Shown: positions 38,960-52,060 of the stretch, piece after piece
Numbering within the stretch: position 1 is the first letter of the stretch
Layout: the number at the start of each line of letters is the position of its first letter
Assembly: GCF_006345805.1 (NCBI RefSeq)
Contig: NC_043021.1
Location: 14,570,001 to 14,634,000 of the forward strand
Direction of reading: 5' to 3'
From: Octopus sinensis
Taxonomy: Eukaryota
DNA length: 64,000 nt
Translations under genes and position numbers: made by a program
Notes under the pieces: model-generated
Seen by the model: only the letters and a program-made list of their open reading frames with translations
Told to the model about the DNA's origin: nothing
Database searches by the model: none

Positions 38960-39829
38960 GTATATATTTTATACATGAATTCTTTTACTTGTTTCAGTCA
39001 TTTGACTGTGGCCATGCTCGAGCGCCACTTCTACTTGAGCAAATCGGTCTTCCCCCCAGGACTTATTCCTTGTAAGCCTAGTACTTATTCTATCGGTCTC
39101 TTTGCCGAACCGCTAAGTTACGGGGGCGTAAACACACCAGCTTCAGTTGTGAACACAGACAAACAAGCACACACACACACACACCACACACACACACACA
39201 AATAAACACACACACATACATACATACATATATGCATACATACATATATATATATATATGCCGGGCTTCTTGCAGATTCGATCTACTAAATTCCACTTAT
39301 AAGGCTTTGGTCGGCCTGAGGCTATGGTAGAAGACACTTACCCAAGGTGCCATGCAGTGGGATTGAACCCGGAACCATGTGGTTGGTAAGCAAGCTACTT
39401 GCCACACAGCCACTCTTGCGCCTAAGTTCATAATCTGAATATTTTCACCTTTGTTTTCTCCCCATTTACCTGTATACATATATGTATATTTTCTATATCT
39501 AACCCAAACAATTTCATCTTTATATTTGCATCATTGTCTCCTGATCTAACACACCTAGAATCTGCTCATAGCCACTCCTTACCCAGTGGTTGCCAGAATC
39601 CTCAGTAGGGGTTTTTGGGTGTAAGCTCAAATTATTTGAGCACTTCTAAGTGTTTTCAATATTGAGCATCTATGGACCTCATCTGTTGACCCCCTCTCTC
39701 CCTCTCTCTCTCTCTATATATATATATAGGCATGTGTACCTATATAGGTATGTACATTTCACATCATTAGACAGTAGCTGGCATAATGAAATAGGACCTT
39801 ATTTGCATACTCCTAATGTTACCATAAAA

Positions 39830-39842
39830 GTGCATGTACATA

Positions 39843-39878
<36 letters not shown>

Positions 39879-40149
39879 TGTATGTATGTATGTATGTTGT
39901 ATGTATGTATGTGTGTGTGTGTGTGTATGTATATATATATGTATGTGTATATATATGTGTGTGTGTATGTATATGTATGTTTATATATATATAATGTATG
40001 CATATGTATATATATGATATATATATGTATATATATATATATGTATATACATATGTATATATATGTAATATATATATATATAGTATATGTATATATAATA
40101 TATATATGTATATATATTATATGTATATGTATATATATATGTATATGTT

Positions 40150-40183
<34 letters not shown>

Positions 40184-41556
40184 ATATAGTATATGTATAT
40201 ATAATATATATATATATAATATATGTATATATATATATGTATATATATATATATGTTATATATATGTATATATATATGTATATATATATGTGTATATATA
40301 TATGTATATAATATATATGTATATGTATATATATATGTATGATATGTATGTATATATATATGTATGATATGTATGTATATATATATATATATGTATGTAA
40401 TATGTATGTATATGTATATATATATGTATATATATATGTATGATATGTATATATATGTATGTATATGTATATATATGTATGTATGTATATATATGTATGT
40501 ATATGTATATATATATATATGTATGTATATGTATATATATATGTATATATATATGTATGTATATATATATGTATATATATATGTATGTATATATGTATGT
40601 ATATGTATATATATATGTATGTATATGTATATATATATGTATGTATATATGTATGTATATGTATATATATATGTATGTATATGTATATATATATGTATGT
40701 ATATGTATATATATGTATGTATATGTATATATATATATGTATGTATATGTATATATATATATGAATATATATATGTATATATATATGTATGTATATGTAT
40801 ATATATATATGAATATATATATGTATATATATGAATATATATATGTATATATATGAATATATATATGTATATATGTATATGTATATATATGTATATGTAT
40901 ATGTATCTATATGTGTGTATATGTATATATATATATATATATGTACGTATATGTATATATGTATATGTATGTATATGTATATATGTATATGTATGTTTAT
41001 ATATATGTATATGTATGTTTATATATATGTATTTGTATGTATATGTATGTTTATATATATGTATTTGTATGTATATGTATATATATGTATATGTATTTAT
41101 ATATATATATGTTTGTATATGTATATTATATATGTATGTATATGTATATATATATATGAATATGTATGTATATATGTATGTATATGTATATATATATATA
41201 TGTATATGTTTGTATATGTATATATATATAAATGTATATGTGTATATATTATATATATATGTATATATACATATATATATATAAATACATATATATATAT
41301 AAATACATATATATACACATATATATACATATATATACATATATATACATATACATACATATATATATATATGTATATATATATATATGTATGTATATAT
41401 ATGTGTATATATATATGTGTATATATATGTATTTATATATATATATATATGTATATATATGTATATATGTATAACGGGAAGGTTTACGAAAATAAGCAAA
41501 AGACGAAGGCAGGTGTATATATATGTATATATATATATGCATATACATATATATGC

Positions 41557-41596
<40 letters not shown>

Positions 41597-42157
41597 TTAG
41601 AGACAAAACCACTATTATATATATATATATGCATATGTATATATATGCATATGCATATGTATATATATGCATATGCATATGTATATATATGCATATGTAT
41701 ATATATGTATATGCATATGTATATATATGTATATGCATATGTATATATATGTGTATGCATATGTATATATATGTGTGTGTGTATGTATATATTTATATGT
41801 ATATGTGTATATATATATGTATATGTATGTATATGTATGTATATATATATGTATATGTATGGATGCCCTTCCTAACGCCAACCACTCTGGCAAACGGCCA
41901 GACTCGTCTGGTACCTGTGCCGGTGGCACGTAAAAAGCACCCACTACACTCATGGAGTTGTTGGTGTTAAGAAGGGCATCAAGCTGTAGAAACACTGCCA
42001 GATCAGACTGGGCCTGGTGCAGCCTTCTGGCTTCCCAGACCCCAGTTGAACCGTCCAACCCATGCTAGCATGGAAAGCAGACGCTAAATGATGATGATGA
42101 TGATATGTATATATATGTATGTATATATAAATTTATAGATTTGTATGTATGTGTATA

Positions 42158-42188
<31 letters not shown>

Positions 42189-42492
42189 ATTATATATATA
42201 TATCTATATATATATATATTCATCTATATATATATATATGTATACATATATGTATTTTTATATATGTATATATATATGTGTATATATATTCATCTATATA
42301 TATATGTATACATATATGTATTTTTATATATGTATATATATGTGTATATGTATATATTTATGTGTGTATATTTAACTATGTATATGTATATATGTGTGTA
42401 TATATATATATATATTTTTAAGTATATATATATATACGTATATATGTGTGTATATATATATGTGTGTGTATATATATGTGTATATGCATGTT

Positions 42493-42526
<34 letters not shown>

Positions 42527-42530
42527 CATA
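39830..42530. repeat. Very long (TA)n/(TATG)n compound microsatellite with short embedded repeat fragments
   Basis: Direct inspection. It is the source of the long Y/I/M/V/C/H/T ORFs. Confidence 0.95.
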
Positions 42531-42850
42531 CGAGGTCTTGTCAATAAATATCCAGACTGTTGCCATAGCAACTAAGCTAAAACATGCAGAGTGAAGCTGC
42601 TTGGCAAAAATTGACCTTTAACACCTCTGTGCATGCACGCTAAATTTTAACGTTCTATATCTCACCTTCGCTGTTTACGGCAGTGCTTGGAAGGAAGCTG
42701 TGTAGTGTGTGATCATCGCATTGACCTTGACAGTGAAAGTTATCGTGGCGATACCCAATGTGAGGCTTGCACAAAGCTGCAGAAAGTGTTTGGAGAGGAA
42801 TATGTGAGTGACACACAAGTGTTCAGGTGCAACGATTTGACAAGATCTGG
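42529..42850 (+). mobile_element. mariner 5' end fragment
   Basis: TACGAGGTCTTGTCAATAAATATCC TIR and CTKLQKVFGEEYVSDTQVFRC HTH-like fragment. Confidence 0.65.
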
Positions 42851-43104
42851 TAAACCTACGGATTGTACCGAGTTCCACTTTTTGCTTTGGACATGTTTTT
42901 ACAGCTTGATATTCTTCCGAACATCAATCAGCTGTAAGGGACCTGGCGGCAATGATGCTTTATTATTTCCAACAGGCAGAACGAAAATGTTGAATATGTA
43001 GAGCATTCCTCATTGGCTTCTGTGTCCTGTCCCTTTTTCTAGGACGTTTGCTTTTGGTATGAAGGAAATTTTATTATTATTTCTAGTGGATCAAAAACTA
43101 TACT

Positions 43105-43480
43105 TCTTCTTCTAACCGCTCAGTCGAAGTCGACTCTCGGTCACTCGTTGGATCAGTGTCCTCCAGTCAGTTCTATCCTGGGCCACTTCCTTCAGACTGG
43201 CTATGTCCATTCCGGTATCACTCTTGATGGTGTCAAGCCAGCGGGTTCTTGGTTGGCCTCTTCCTCTCTTGCCACTGACCATTCCGAGCATGATGTCCTT
43301 CTCCAGGGATTCTCTCTGCATAATATGACCGAGATATGCCAATCTATGCTTGGTGATCCTAGGTTCTAGCGACATTTTTGGCCTGATCTGCTTAAGAACT
43401 TCTCCATTGGTGAGCCTCACTGTCCATGGAATCCGTAAAAGTCTTCTCCAACACCAAAACTATACACGTAGCAGTATTTG
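43105..43480 (-). mobile_element. RTE (BovB-like) LINE 3' fragment upstream of GT31 copy 1
   Basis: RLAYLGHIMQRESLEKDIMLGMVSGKRGRGQPRTRWLD with an (AGA)n tail. Absent from the homologous region of copy 2. Confidence 0.85.
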
Positions 43481-43567
43481 CTTTTATATATTGTTGTTTA
43501 TTTCTCTGTTAAATTTTAAATTTAATGACCTAATTATTATTATCTTTCTATTTCAGATCTTGTAAAT

Positions 43568-44464
43568 ATGCGAATACATAAGAAAGCTATCTTAATTTTC
43601 TTTCTGTTGGCATTGTTTGGGTTTATAATCTATAGGATGTCACGTCCTTTCGATCCGACAAACCTACATCAATACAAACCTAGGTGGGGAGAGGATGAAA
43701 GGCTGAACATCGTATTTTTATTTGCTGTTAAATCTTATCCAGAAAATTATGAATTGAGGAAAGCCGTACGAGAAACATGGGGCACATATATAAACCCTAG
43801 CTCAAAGAGTAAGATATTATTTTATATGGGGCTATCTTCACGCCCTGAAGTTAACATCAAAGTTGCTGAAGAGTCCAACCATTATGAAGATATTTTCCAG
43901 GCACAATTTATCGACTCTTTTGAACGTCAGAGCCTATGTACTTTAACTGCTTTTAAGCATATCCTAGTAACATATGCTCAAATTAGATTTTTATTTAAGA
44001 TTGAAGATTCCACATTCATTAACATTCCACACCTGATACGTGTTCTGAAAAGCAATGAGTATTTACTACGTAACTTTATCATGGGCCGAATCATAAACAA
44101 TACACAACCTCAGCGAGACAAGAAGTCACCGTGGTACGTCTCAAAGGACGTATATTCACCGGATTTCTACCCAAATTACGCGCAGGGATTCGCTTATTTA
44201 TTTAGTGGGAACCTAATACAGCATTTCGTTCAAGAATCATTCAAAGTCCCTCTCCTTGGGATTGAGGACATTTTTGTAACTGGAATCTTAGCTCGGAATC
44301 TCAATGTGAATTACATACACAGCACGAAGTTTGGTATGCCAAAGGACAGTTGTGAAAACAGCCTGTATATAGCTATACCACACTTGTACACAGTCGAGGA
44401 TATGAAAAGAGTTTACATGTCCGTCGAAGTCCCAAATGAAAGGTGTGCTGAAATCAAAAGATGA
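43568..44464 (+). CDS. GT31 family beta-1,3-galactosyltransferase-like type II membrane protein, copy 1 (298 aa)
   Basis: N-terminal TM helix, then LRKAVRETWG, YEDIFQAQFIDS, FKIEDSTFIN, SPWYVS...YPNYAQG and IEDIFVTG. A splice acceptor (TTTCAG) lies 11 nt before the ATG. The exact ortholog is not assignable. Confidence 0.92.
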   Translation: MRIHKKAILIFFLLALFGFIIYRMSRPFDPTNLHQYKPRWGEDERLNIVFLFAVKSYPENYELRKAVRETWGTYINPSSKSKILFYMGLSSRPEVNIKVAEESNHYEDIFQAQFIDSFERQSLCTLTAFKHILVTYAQIRFLFKIEDSTFINIPHLIRVLKSNEYLLRNFIMGRIINNTQPQRDKKSPWYVSKDVYSPDFYPNYAQGFAYLFSGNLIQHFVQESFKVPLLGIEDIFVTGILARNLNVNYIHSTKFGMPKDSCENSLYIAIPHLYTVEDMKRVYMSVEVPNERCAEIKR

Positions 44465-45454
44465 TGGTAGAGAAAAATAAAATAAAGAGAAAAAAAAAAA
44501 ATCAACATTTAAAATGTAGCGTTTTATCTGTCTGTTCTATGTTTCAATATCTCGATTGATTTGAGAAGAAAATAGGAAATGATTCGCGAAAACTGCTAAA
44601 TGGGAGATTACTCTTTACCTTGCAACTATAACGGGCAGTTGGAGTTACGTCCCTTTATACATATCAAGTCAGAGCTTTCATCTCTTAGCTTCTCCCTCTC
44701 TTTCTTTTTCTTTCTTTCTTTCTTTCATTATCTCATCATTACTATTTGCCGATGCAGACCGTCGCTTTTTTTTTTTTTTGTCGGATTCTGCTGTGTTACA
44801 TTTTAACGAATACTAGTTTGGTCTTCCACATCACATCTTACAGAAATCAATATTTCAAATATTTCCAGATCTTTTGTGAGAAACAAAATAATCATTTTTT
44901 TTTTTTTTTTTGCGTTCATGTACGTAAGGTCGTATTATTCGATCAACAAAACCGGTTCAATTGAAATGATATCTTTTTTAGTTACGCATAAGCTACATGA
45001 AACCATTACCGACAGCATCACCATAGCAACACGTTGGCAAACACTGTGCTTAGGGTGCGAGCTAGCAAAACTGTTAGCGCGTCGAACAAAAAGCCAAGCG
45101 GCGGTTCCCTACGGTTGTTTACCTTCTGAGTTCGAATGCTAACTGGAACTTTATTGCTAGTGCTAACAAAGACATGGGATAGGACAGAAAATGGGAGCTT
45201 TGCGTCACGGAAAAGCTACATATGATCCAATCAAAAGGTAATATTTGAAACATTAGGGACAAAACATTTTCTCTCTGCATGCGTAAGCAACGATTTACAC
45301 TCTTAAATTTCAAAGAGGACCTCCCTCCATCCACCTACTTTGCTACCCTTCCAACCTGAAAATTAACTTATATGCATCATATGAACTTCGTGTACAATCC
45401 ACACATGCCCCTCATGCTGGGCTCCCTCAGCACACAAACATACGAGCATCACAT

Positions 45455-45960
45455 CTAATAATAATGAAATTATTGTATAGGTGCAGGAGTGGCTGTGTGG
45501 TAAGTAGCTTGCTTACCAACCACATGGTTCCAGGTTCAATCCCACTGCCTTGTGAGTGGATTTGGTAGACGGAAACTGAAAGAAGCCTGTCGTATATATG
45601 TATGTTCTGTGTCTGTGTTTGTCCCCCTAGCATTGCTTGACAACCGATGCTGGTGTGTTTACGTCCCCGTCACTTAGCGGTTTGGCAAAAGAGACCGATA
45701 GAATAAGTACTGGGCTTACAAAAGAATAAGTCCCGGGGTCAAGTTGCTCGACTAAAGGCGGTGCTCCAGCATGGCCGCAGCATGACTGAAACAAGTAAAA
45801 GAGTAAGAGTAAGAGAGTGCTCAGGTGCACCACAACCTGTCAAAAGTGTGTATAAAGCATATGCAGTAATGTACAAATGTCTGGAAAGTGAAGAGTGTAC
45901 GAGTCAGATACATGCTTGCGTGTGTATGGAGGGGAGAAAATCAGGTGTAGTGTAGGCGAA
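45455..45960 (-). mobile_element. Short LINE 3' tail (family of 1304-5697) interrupted by a family A SINE (45480-45810)
   Basis: TTATTGTATA|SINE|GTGCTCAGGTGCACCACAAC rejoins to the tail seen at 1310-1345. Confidence 0.8.
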
Positions 45961-46222
45961 TATATTACAAGATATGCGATATACACAAACTTGTCTTTCA
46001 ACAACTGCATAATTTTTCATTCTCATAAACCAGATTCAATGTCGAAATATGTTTTTTAAAAAAAAAGTATGTGTAAGATAATGAAATTTCACAATCATGT
46101 TTATGCATCCTAATACGACCAAGATACATAATGCAAATATACAGGTACAGGTGTGTACACATGCGTACTTTGTTTGAATGCGTGTGTGTGTATGTGTGTG
46201 TCTATCTATCTATCTATCTATC

Positions 46223-46253
<31 letters not shown>

Positions 46254-46347
46254 GTATTCTGGCCGAAATCAGATCGCCATGTTGATTCGTTAGCTACTGC
46301 ACGCATTTTTTTCTCTCCTTCTTTCTGTGTTTTTCTCTCTCTGTGTA

Positions 46348-46385
46348 TCTTTCTGTTGAAGAGCGTAGGCTCGAAACGTTAAAGA
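46348..46385 (+). ncRNA. Minimal hammerhead-like motif with CUGUUGAA core
   Basis: UCUUU-CUGUUGAA-GAGC(GUAG)GCUC-GAAA-CG-UU-AAAGA. Stems I and II are perfect and stem III (ACGU) is palindromic. Confidence 0.6.
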
Positions 46386-46484
46386 CTTGTTTTATTTATA
46401 TTTCCTGAGCGCCATACTAATACAATTGTTCGTTTGTTTTCCACCTGCCTTCGTCTTTTGTTTATTTTCATAAAGCTTCCCGTT

Positions 46485-46805
46485 ATATATATATGTATAT
46501 ATATATGTATATATATATGTATATATATGTATATATATATGTATATATATATGTATGTATATATGTATGTATATATGTATGTATATATATATGTATATAT
46601 ATATGTATGTATATATATATGTATGTATATATGTATGTATATATGTATGTATATATATATGTATGTATATATGTATGTATATATGTATGTATGTATATAT
46701 GTATGTATATATGTATGTATATATATATGTATGTATATATGTATGTATATATATATGTATATATGTATGTATATATGTATGTATATATGTATGTATATAT
46801 GTATG

Positions 46806-46836
<31 letters not shown>

Positions 46837-46851
46837 ATATATATGTATGTA

Positions 46852-46884
<33 letters not shown>

Positions 46885-46917
46885 ATATGTATGTATGTAT
46901 GTATGTATATATGTATG

Positions 46918-46965
<48 letters not shown>

Positions 46966-46967
46966 AT

Positions 46968-47017
<50 letters not shown>

Positions 47018-47030
47018 ATATATATATAAA
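46485..47030. repeat. (TA)n/(TATG)n microsatellite
   Basis: Direct inspection. Confidence 0.95.
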
Positions 47031-47109
47031 CATAGAGAATAAAATCCTTAAAATTAATTGATTTTATCAATGGCCAGCATATAAAAACCTTTTAGGTAAA
47101 ATACCTTTA

Positions 47110-47445
47110 TAGAGATATATAACTGTATTGGGTAGAACTATATTTAAGGGTAGAAAAGCTATTATGCCTTTAGGCTGAAAGAGTGTGTCGAATATGTTCT
47201 GCCACTTCAAATATTCACTCCACAATTAAATACACAGGTTGTAAGCGGGAAAGCAGTCTGTCTAAAAATTCATAAAACTGAATTGCTTTATGAATTTTTA
47301 GACTCTGCCTTCCCACTTACAACCTGTGTATTTAATCATGGAGTGAATATTTGCAGTGATAGGATGTATTCAACGCATTCCTTCAGCATAAAGGCATAAC
47401 TTTTGTACCCTTAAGTATAATTGTACCCAATACAGTTATCTCTCT
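47110..47445. repeat. Imperfect fold-back element (~165 bp arms, ~10 nt loop)
   Basis: TTAAATACACAGGTTGTAAG...CTAAAAATTCATAAA pairs with TTTATGAATTTTTAG...CTTACAACCTGTGTATTTAA. The outer arms also pair. Confidence 0.8.
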
Positions 47446-47766
47446 CTCTGTATATGAGAGAGAAAGGCACATGTATATGTTGTATATATATATATATATA
47501 TATCCATATCTATATATATCATCATCATCATCATTGTCGTCATTTAACATCTGCTTTCCATGCTAGCATGGGTTGAACGGTTTAACTGTTATCTGGCGAA
47601 CCAGATGGCTACACCAGGCTCCAGTCTTGATCTGGCGGAGTTTCTACACCTGGATGCCCTTTCTAACGCCAACCACTCCGAGAGTGTAGTGGGTGCTTTT
47701 ACATATCACCAGCACGGGGGCCAGTCAGGTGGTACTGGTAACGACCTCGCTTGAATTTTTTGTTTA

Positions 47767-47799
<33 letters not shown>

Positions 47800-47804
<5 letters not shown>

Positions 47805-48190
47805 GGATTGGACAAAATATAGGAAACACATTAAAATTTCAAACAAATTAATTTTAATATGAGGTAGGACTGCCTTTGGCAGTAATTACAGCTTAAATTC
47901 TACAAGGTATGGACTCGTACAAAGTTTGAATTGTCTCCAAAGGAATTTTTGTCCGTTCTTCAGCTAAAACAGTCTCTGGTTCTTGTAAAGATGATGGTGG
48001 AGGATATCAACTCCTTACTTGTTTTTCTAAAATGTGCCATAAATGTTCAATGATATTGAGATCTGGGGACTGTGGTGGCCAGATAAGATATTCAGCTTCA
48101 CTAGAATGTTCCTTGTGCCTTTCAGTAACAACTTTAGCTGTGTGAATTGGTGCATTATCATCCTGAAAGATTGCATTTCGGTTTTCATGG
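47800..48190 (-). mobile_element. Tc1-type transposase 3' fragment
   Basis: IFQDDNAPIHTAK...WPPQSPDLNIIEHLW, with TA and CAGGGATTGGACAAAAT at the end. Confidence 0.85.
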
Positions 48191-48545
48191 TAATTGTTTG
48201 CGACTGCCATTCACAGCATTGAACACAGCTGCATTTTGGTGTCGCATTTCAGGGTAAGTCAGAAGGTTACCTGCAATTTGGGTCTCAGCCATAAACCAGC
48301 ATGTCTTGGAATATTTACACTTGCATTCCCGAAATAAATTTCCAGAACTTACCATATAAAAATGACATTTGGAAAAATCACATTTCTTTTGTGGTTCAGT
48401 GTATACACACATGTTTAAAAGTAAAACACAAAAAACAGAAACAGGGAGTGAACAGTGAATAAGTGGGATTAGTTTGGGGCTCAGATAAAATGGAGAAAAA
48501 ATACATGTCTGGATTAATGGTTGCATACACACACAGAGATTTATA

Positions 48546-48577
<32 letters not shown>

Positions 48578-48602
48578 CATATACATACATACGTAGATAC
48601 GT

Positions 48603-49155
48603 TTAGCCGCTCTCCAGCCATCTATTTAAAACTGTATACAGCTATGGTACGACCACACTTGGAATTCGCATCATCAGTTTGGAATCCCTATCTTGCTCAG
48701 AACATTGACCTCCTGGAATCTGTCCAGAGACGTGCAACCAAACGCATACCCTCCATCAGACACCTACCATATTCTGAGCGCCTTGTTTCCCTGGGCATGG
48801 ATTCACTGAAGCTCCGGCGTCTAGCGACGGACTTGGTAAACACCCACAAGGTTATCAACCACCTCACCAACAACAACACTGAACACCTTTTTGATCTCCA
48901 TGTGTCTAACACACGTGGACATGCCTACAAAGTCAGAAAACAGCACAGCTCCCATGACTTTCGGAAACATTTTTTCACGCTCAGGGTTGCTGAAGCGTGG
49001 AATAAACTGCCCGCATCAGTTGTTGACTGCCATGACACTGCATCCTTTAAGGCCCTCATGCTTTCCGAAATCCGTCGAAACTACACCTGATTATATATAC
49101 ACTTTGGATGAGTTGTAGTGCACCTGAGCACTGTACACAATTATTATTATTATTA
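48603..49155 (+). mobile_element. 5'-truncated copy of the CR1-like LINE at 51850-56155
   Basis: Nearly identical to 55600-56150, with an (ATT)n tail. Confidence 0.9.
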
Positions 49156-49172
49156 TGCAAACATTTTATATT

Positions 49173-50285
49173 CTAGCAGAAAAACCACCCTCTAGGCGGT
49201 TTTCTGCTGGCCACTTAAAAATATTTTCACATTTGATTACCAATTTTAATAATTTTTGATATTTTACATCTAATTATTTCTTTGTATAATAGTGCTCACT
49301 TGCTTAGTAAATATTGCTTTCGTTATTTTATCACAGTCATAATGTCTCTTTTTTAAACAAACATCAAAGTAGTCCAACTACAGAGGATGAAGCAGTTTAT
49401 CAAGTTTTACCTTCCCCTCAAAGCAATATTGAGATTTCAGTTCAGCAGCTGTATATACCCTTGACTTTGTTGCTTCATAACATCCAGATAAATGGATACT
49501 TTTTAACAAAATTTTCTACAAATACCGCTTAGATATTGTGGTTTCAGAATATATAGGGATTTGTAGGAAAGAATTTTTGTGAGGGGATGGAGAGAGGAAT
49601 TTTGGAAAACTCACATGATCCAACTTTTTTACCTTCTAACTTTCAGGAAAGTTTATACAAATACCTTTTAATTGGTATAGATTATGATTATAAAGAAATT
49701 TGTTGGGAAGATTTTTTCCAAGGAGGCGGGGAGAGGAGTTTCAGTAAAATGGAGTTTCAGATCAAGAAGACAAAATAAGTTAGAACTACTCTGTCTTGAC
49801 AGGGATTTCCCCCTTTTCTTTTAAACCACTGCCTTCAAAATGATAGGTGGTGGTGGGGGAAGGGGCATCTTTGTATGAAATAGTTTTGAAAATTTTTTTT
49901 TACAACTCCCTCCCTCTTCATCTCATTCCGGAGCTATTTTGGCCAATTTTTTTTTTTGCATTTCAAAACCATGGGAGGAGCCTTTGTGCCAAAAAAAATT
50001 TTTTATCATTTTTAATATTTTCAGAGGGGAAAAGTGAGTGATTTAAGGGAGGTTTGAATACTATTTCTGGCACATCCCAAGACATCCCTCCTCATTTTTT
50101 AATCGCTCTCGCATGTATCGATGTTTTACAATATTTTTCTTCCCATAAATACATTTATATGCTATAAAAAATAAAATTTGAAAAATTACGATATTTTTGC
50201 AACCTCAGTCCCTGGCTGCAATTGTTTCTGTTTATAATTTAAAATATTGGAGAGCCTGAGAATATCATTGCTGGCATTTATCCAC
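49173..50285 (-). mobile_element. Second, inverted copy of the 1.1 kb hairpin-terminated repeat
   Basis: Reverse complement of 15225-16334, with a terminal hairpin at 49173-49210. Confidence 0.6.
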
Positions 50286-52060
50286 AGTAATTTAAATAAA
50301 GAGTTATGTAAACGATAATTCATTTCAATAGCATACTTTTCTGTTAGAACATGTTTTTCTTACACAAACACGGCTTCACTTGATTGAGGTGAGGGTAAAA
50401 ATTTAGATTACAATTTTTTTTTGTTGCTTATATTTCACCAATGGACCACGCGTGTATTACTTCAGTACCATCATTCCATAAAGTGTGTTTAACCGGAGAA
50501 AAATATTGAAAAAAACGCCAATACACATGAGAGTGAAAATGGAGGGTGGTTTGAGCTGTGTTAGAAACAACAGCCAAACGTCCCTTGAATTGTTCACCTT
50601 TTCCTCTGAAAATATTTACAACATTTTTTTTTTAACTGGAAAGGCTCCTCTCATGGCTTTTAAGTTAAAAAAAAATGGCCAAATTCAGTCTGGATAGTTA
50701 TTATTGTAAGACTTATGGGCATTCCAAACAGCTATAACAACAAAATTATTTAATTTTTTTTTTTCTTTTACAAAAATTATACCAGTATATTAAAAGATTA
50801 TCATTCAATAAATTATGTTTTTACATTACATATATAAACTGTGTGTTTTGCAAATAGCGAATTAAAACTTGAAATGGAAACTTTGAAATAGAGGGTGAGG
50901 GTTATTGCAAATGAAAATGGAATACTCCACAATCCGTCTGGATAGTTATTATTGTAATGCTTATATGTAATGCATTCCAAACAGCCATAACAAAAAAAAT
51001 CACTTCTTAATTTTTTTTACAGAAATTATACTGGTACATTAAAAAATTTTCATTCAATAAATCATTTTTACATTACGTATATAGAACAAACTGTGGGTTT
51101 ATTCTGTATAAAACTTGAAATCGAGAGTGAGAGTCTTTGCAAATGAAAACCTAATACTCTACAGTAAATGCAATGAATATTTAAATTTGCAACAAATTGG
51201 AGTTCAAAAATTCAATAAACTTCAGTAGGAAATTTCTTGGAACATGAAGTTATGAAAAACTTTCCAGATGGTCAAGCCATTAATAATTGCTTTCAATTTA
51301 GTAACTGTTACATACTTAATTAATATGCAGCTTTCTCCATTATAATATAGGTATGCTTGTATATACACACACATACATATATATATATCATGTATTATAT
51401 ATCATACATATATATATCAGTATTATATATCATGGCGACCTGGCAGCTGGAGTCTTAGAGTAGCTGTCCACCGAAGTTCCATATAATATGGGAATGAAAA
51501 AGGAAAAGGAGGAAAATACAATGTTACTAAAACAAAGACACATTCACAAGTAGACAAACAAATGGTTTGATTAAGGTATAATCAATTTGGCGAGGAAACT
51601 AAAGATAAAATATTACGACGATGACCACCACAGATCTACAATGGAAGAATTCACCACGTGTAGTTGAGGGTAAAAGAAATCGTTGAACGACAGTAAGTAC
51701 GTCCAAAATTTATAAAGCAGTGACATACATACATACATAGATACTTGTAGCACACATATATATACGTGCAGAGTGAAAATAAATCACACTATTTAATGTG
51801 ACGGACTACACTGCAAAAAAATCAAATTTCATTTCTGTTTACAAACTTTCTCCGTGTTATACGCACAAATACTTTTATGTATACACACGCAATATTTAAG
51901 AAAAAAAGGAATATACACAAAAAGAACGAAACATGTGTATATACACACACAATATTTAAGAACAAGGAATATACACAAAAAAGAACGAATCAAAAACAAA
52001 TATTTTATATTTTACTTTTATCGTATTGTTGTTCGGGAGAGAACCAAACCACAGATCGCC

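Noticed and set aside
39830-42530. Long ORFs (up to 460 aa) rich in Y/I/H/T/M/V/C, also at 12850-13300 and 46400-47070
   Set aside because: They are translations of (TA)n/(TATG)n microsatellites that happen to lack stops.
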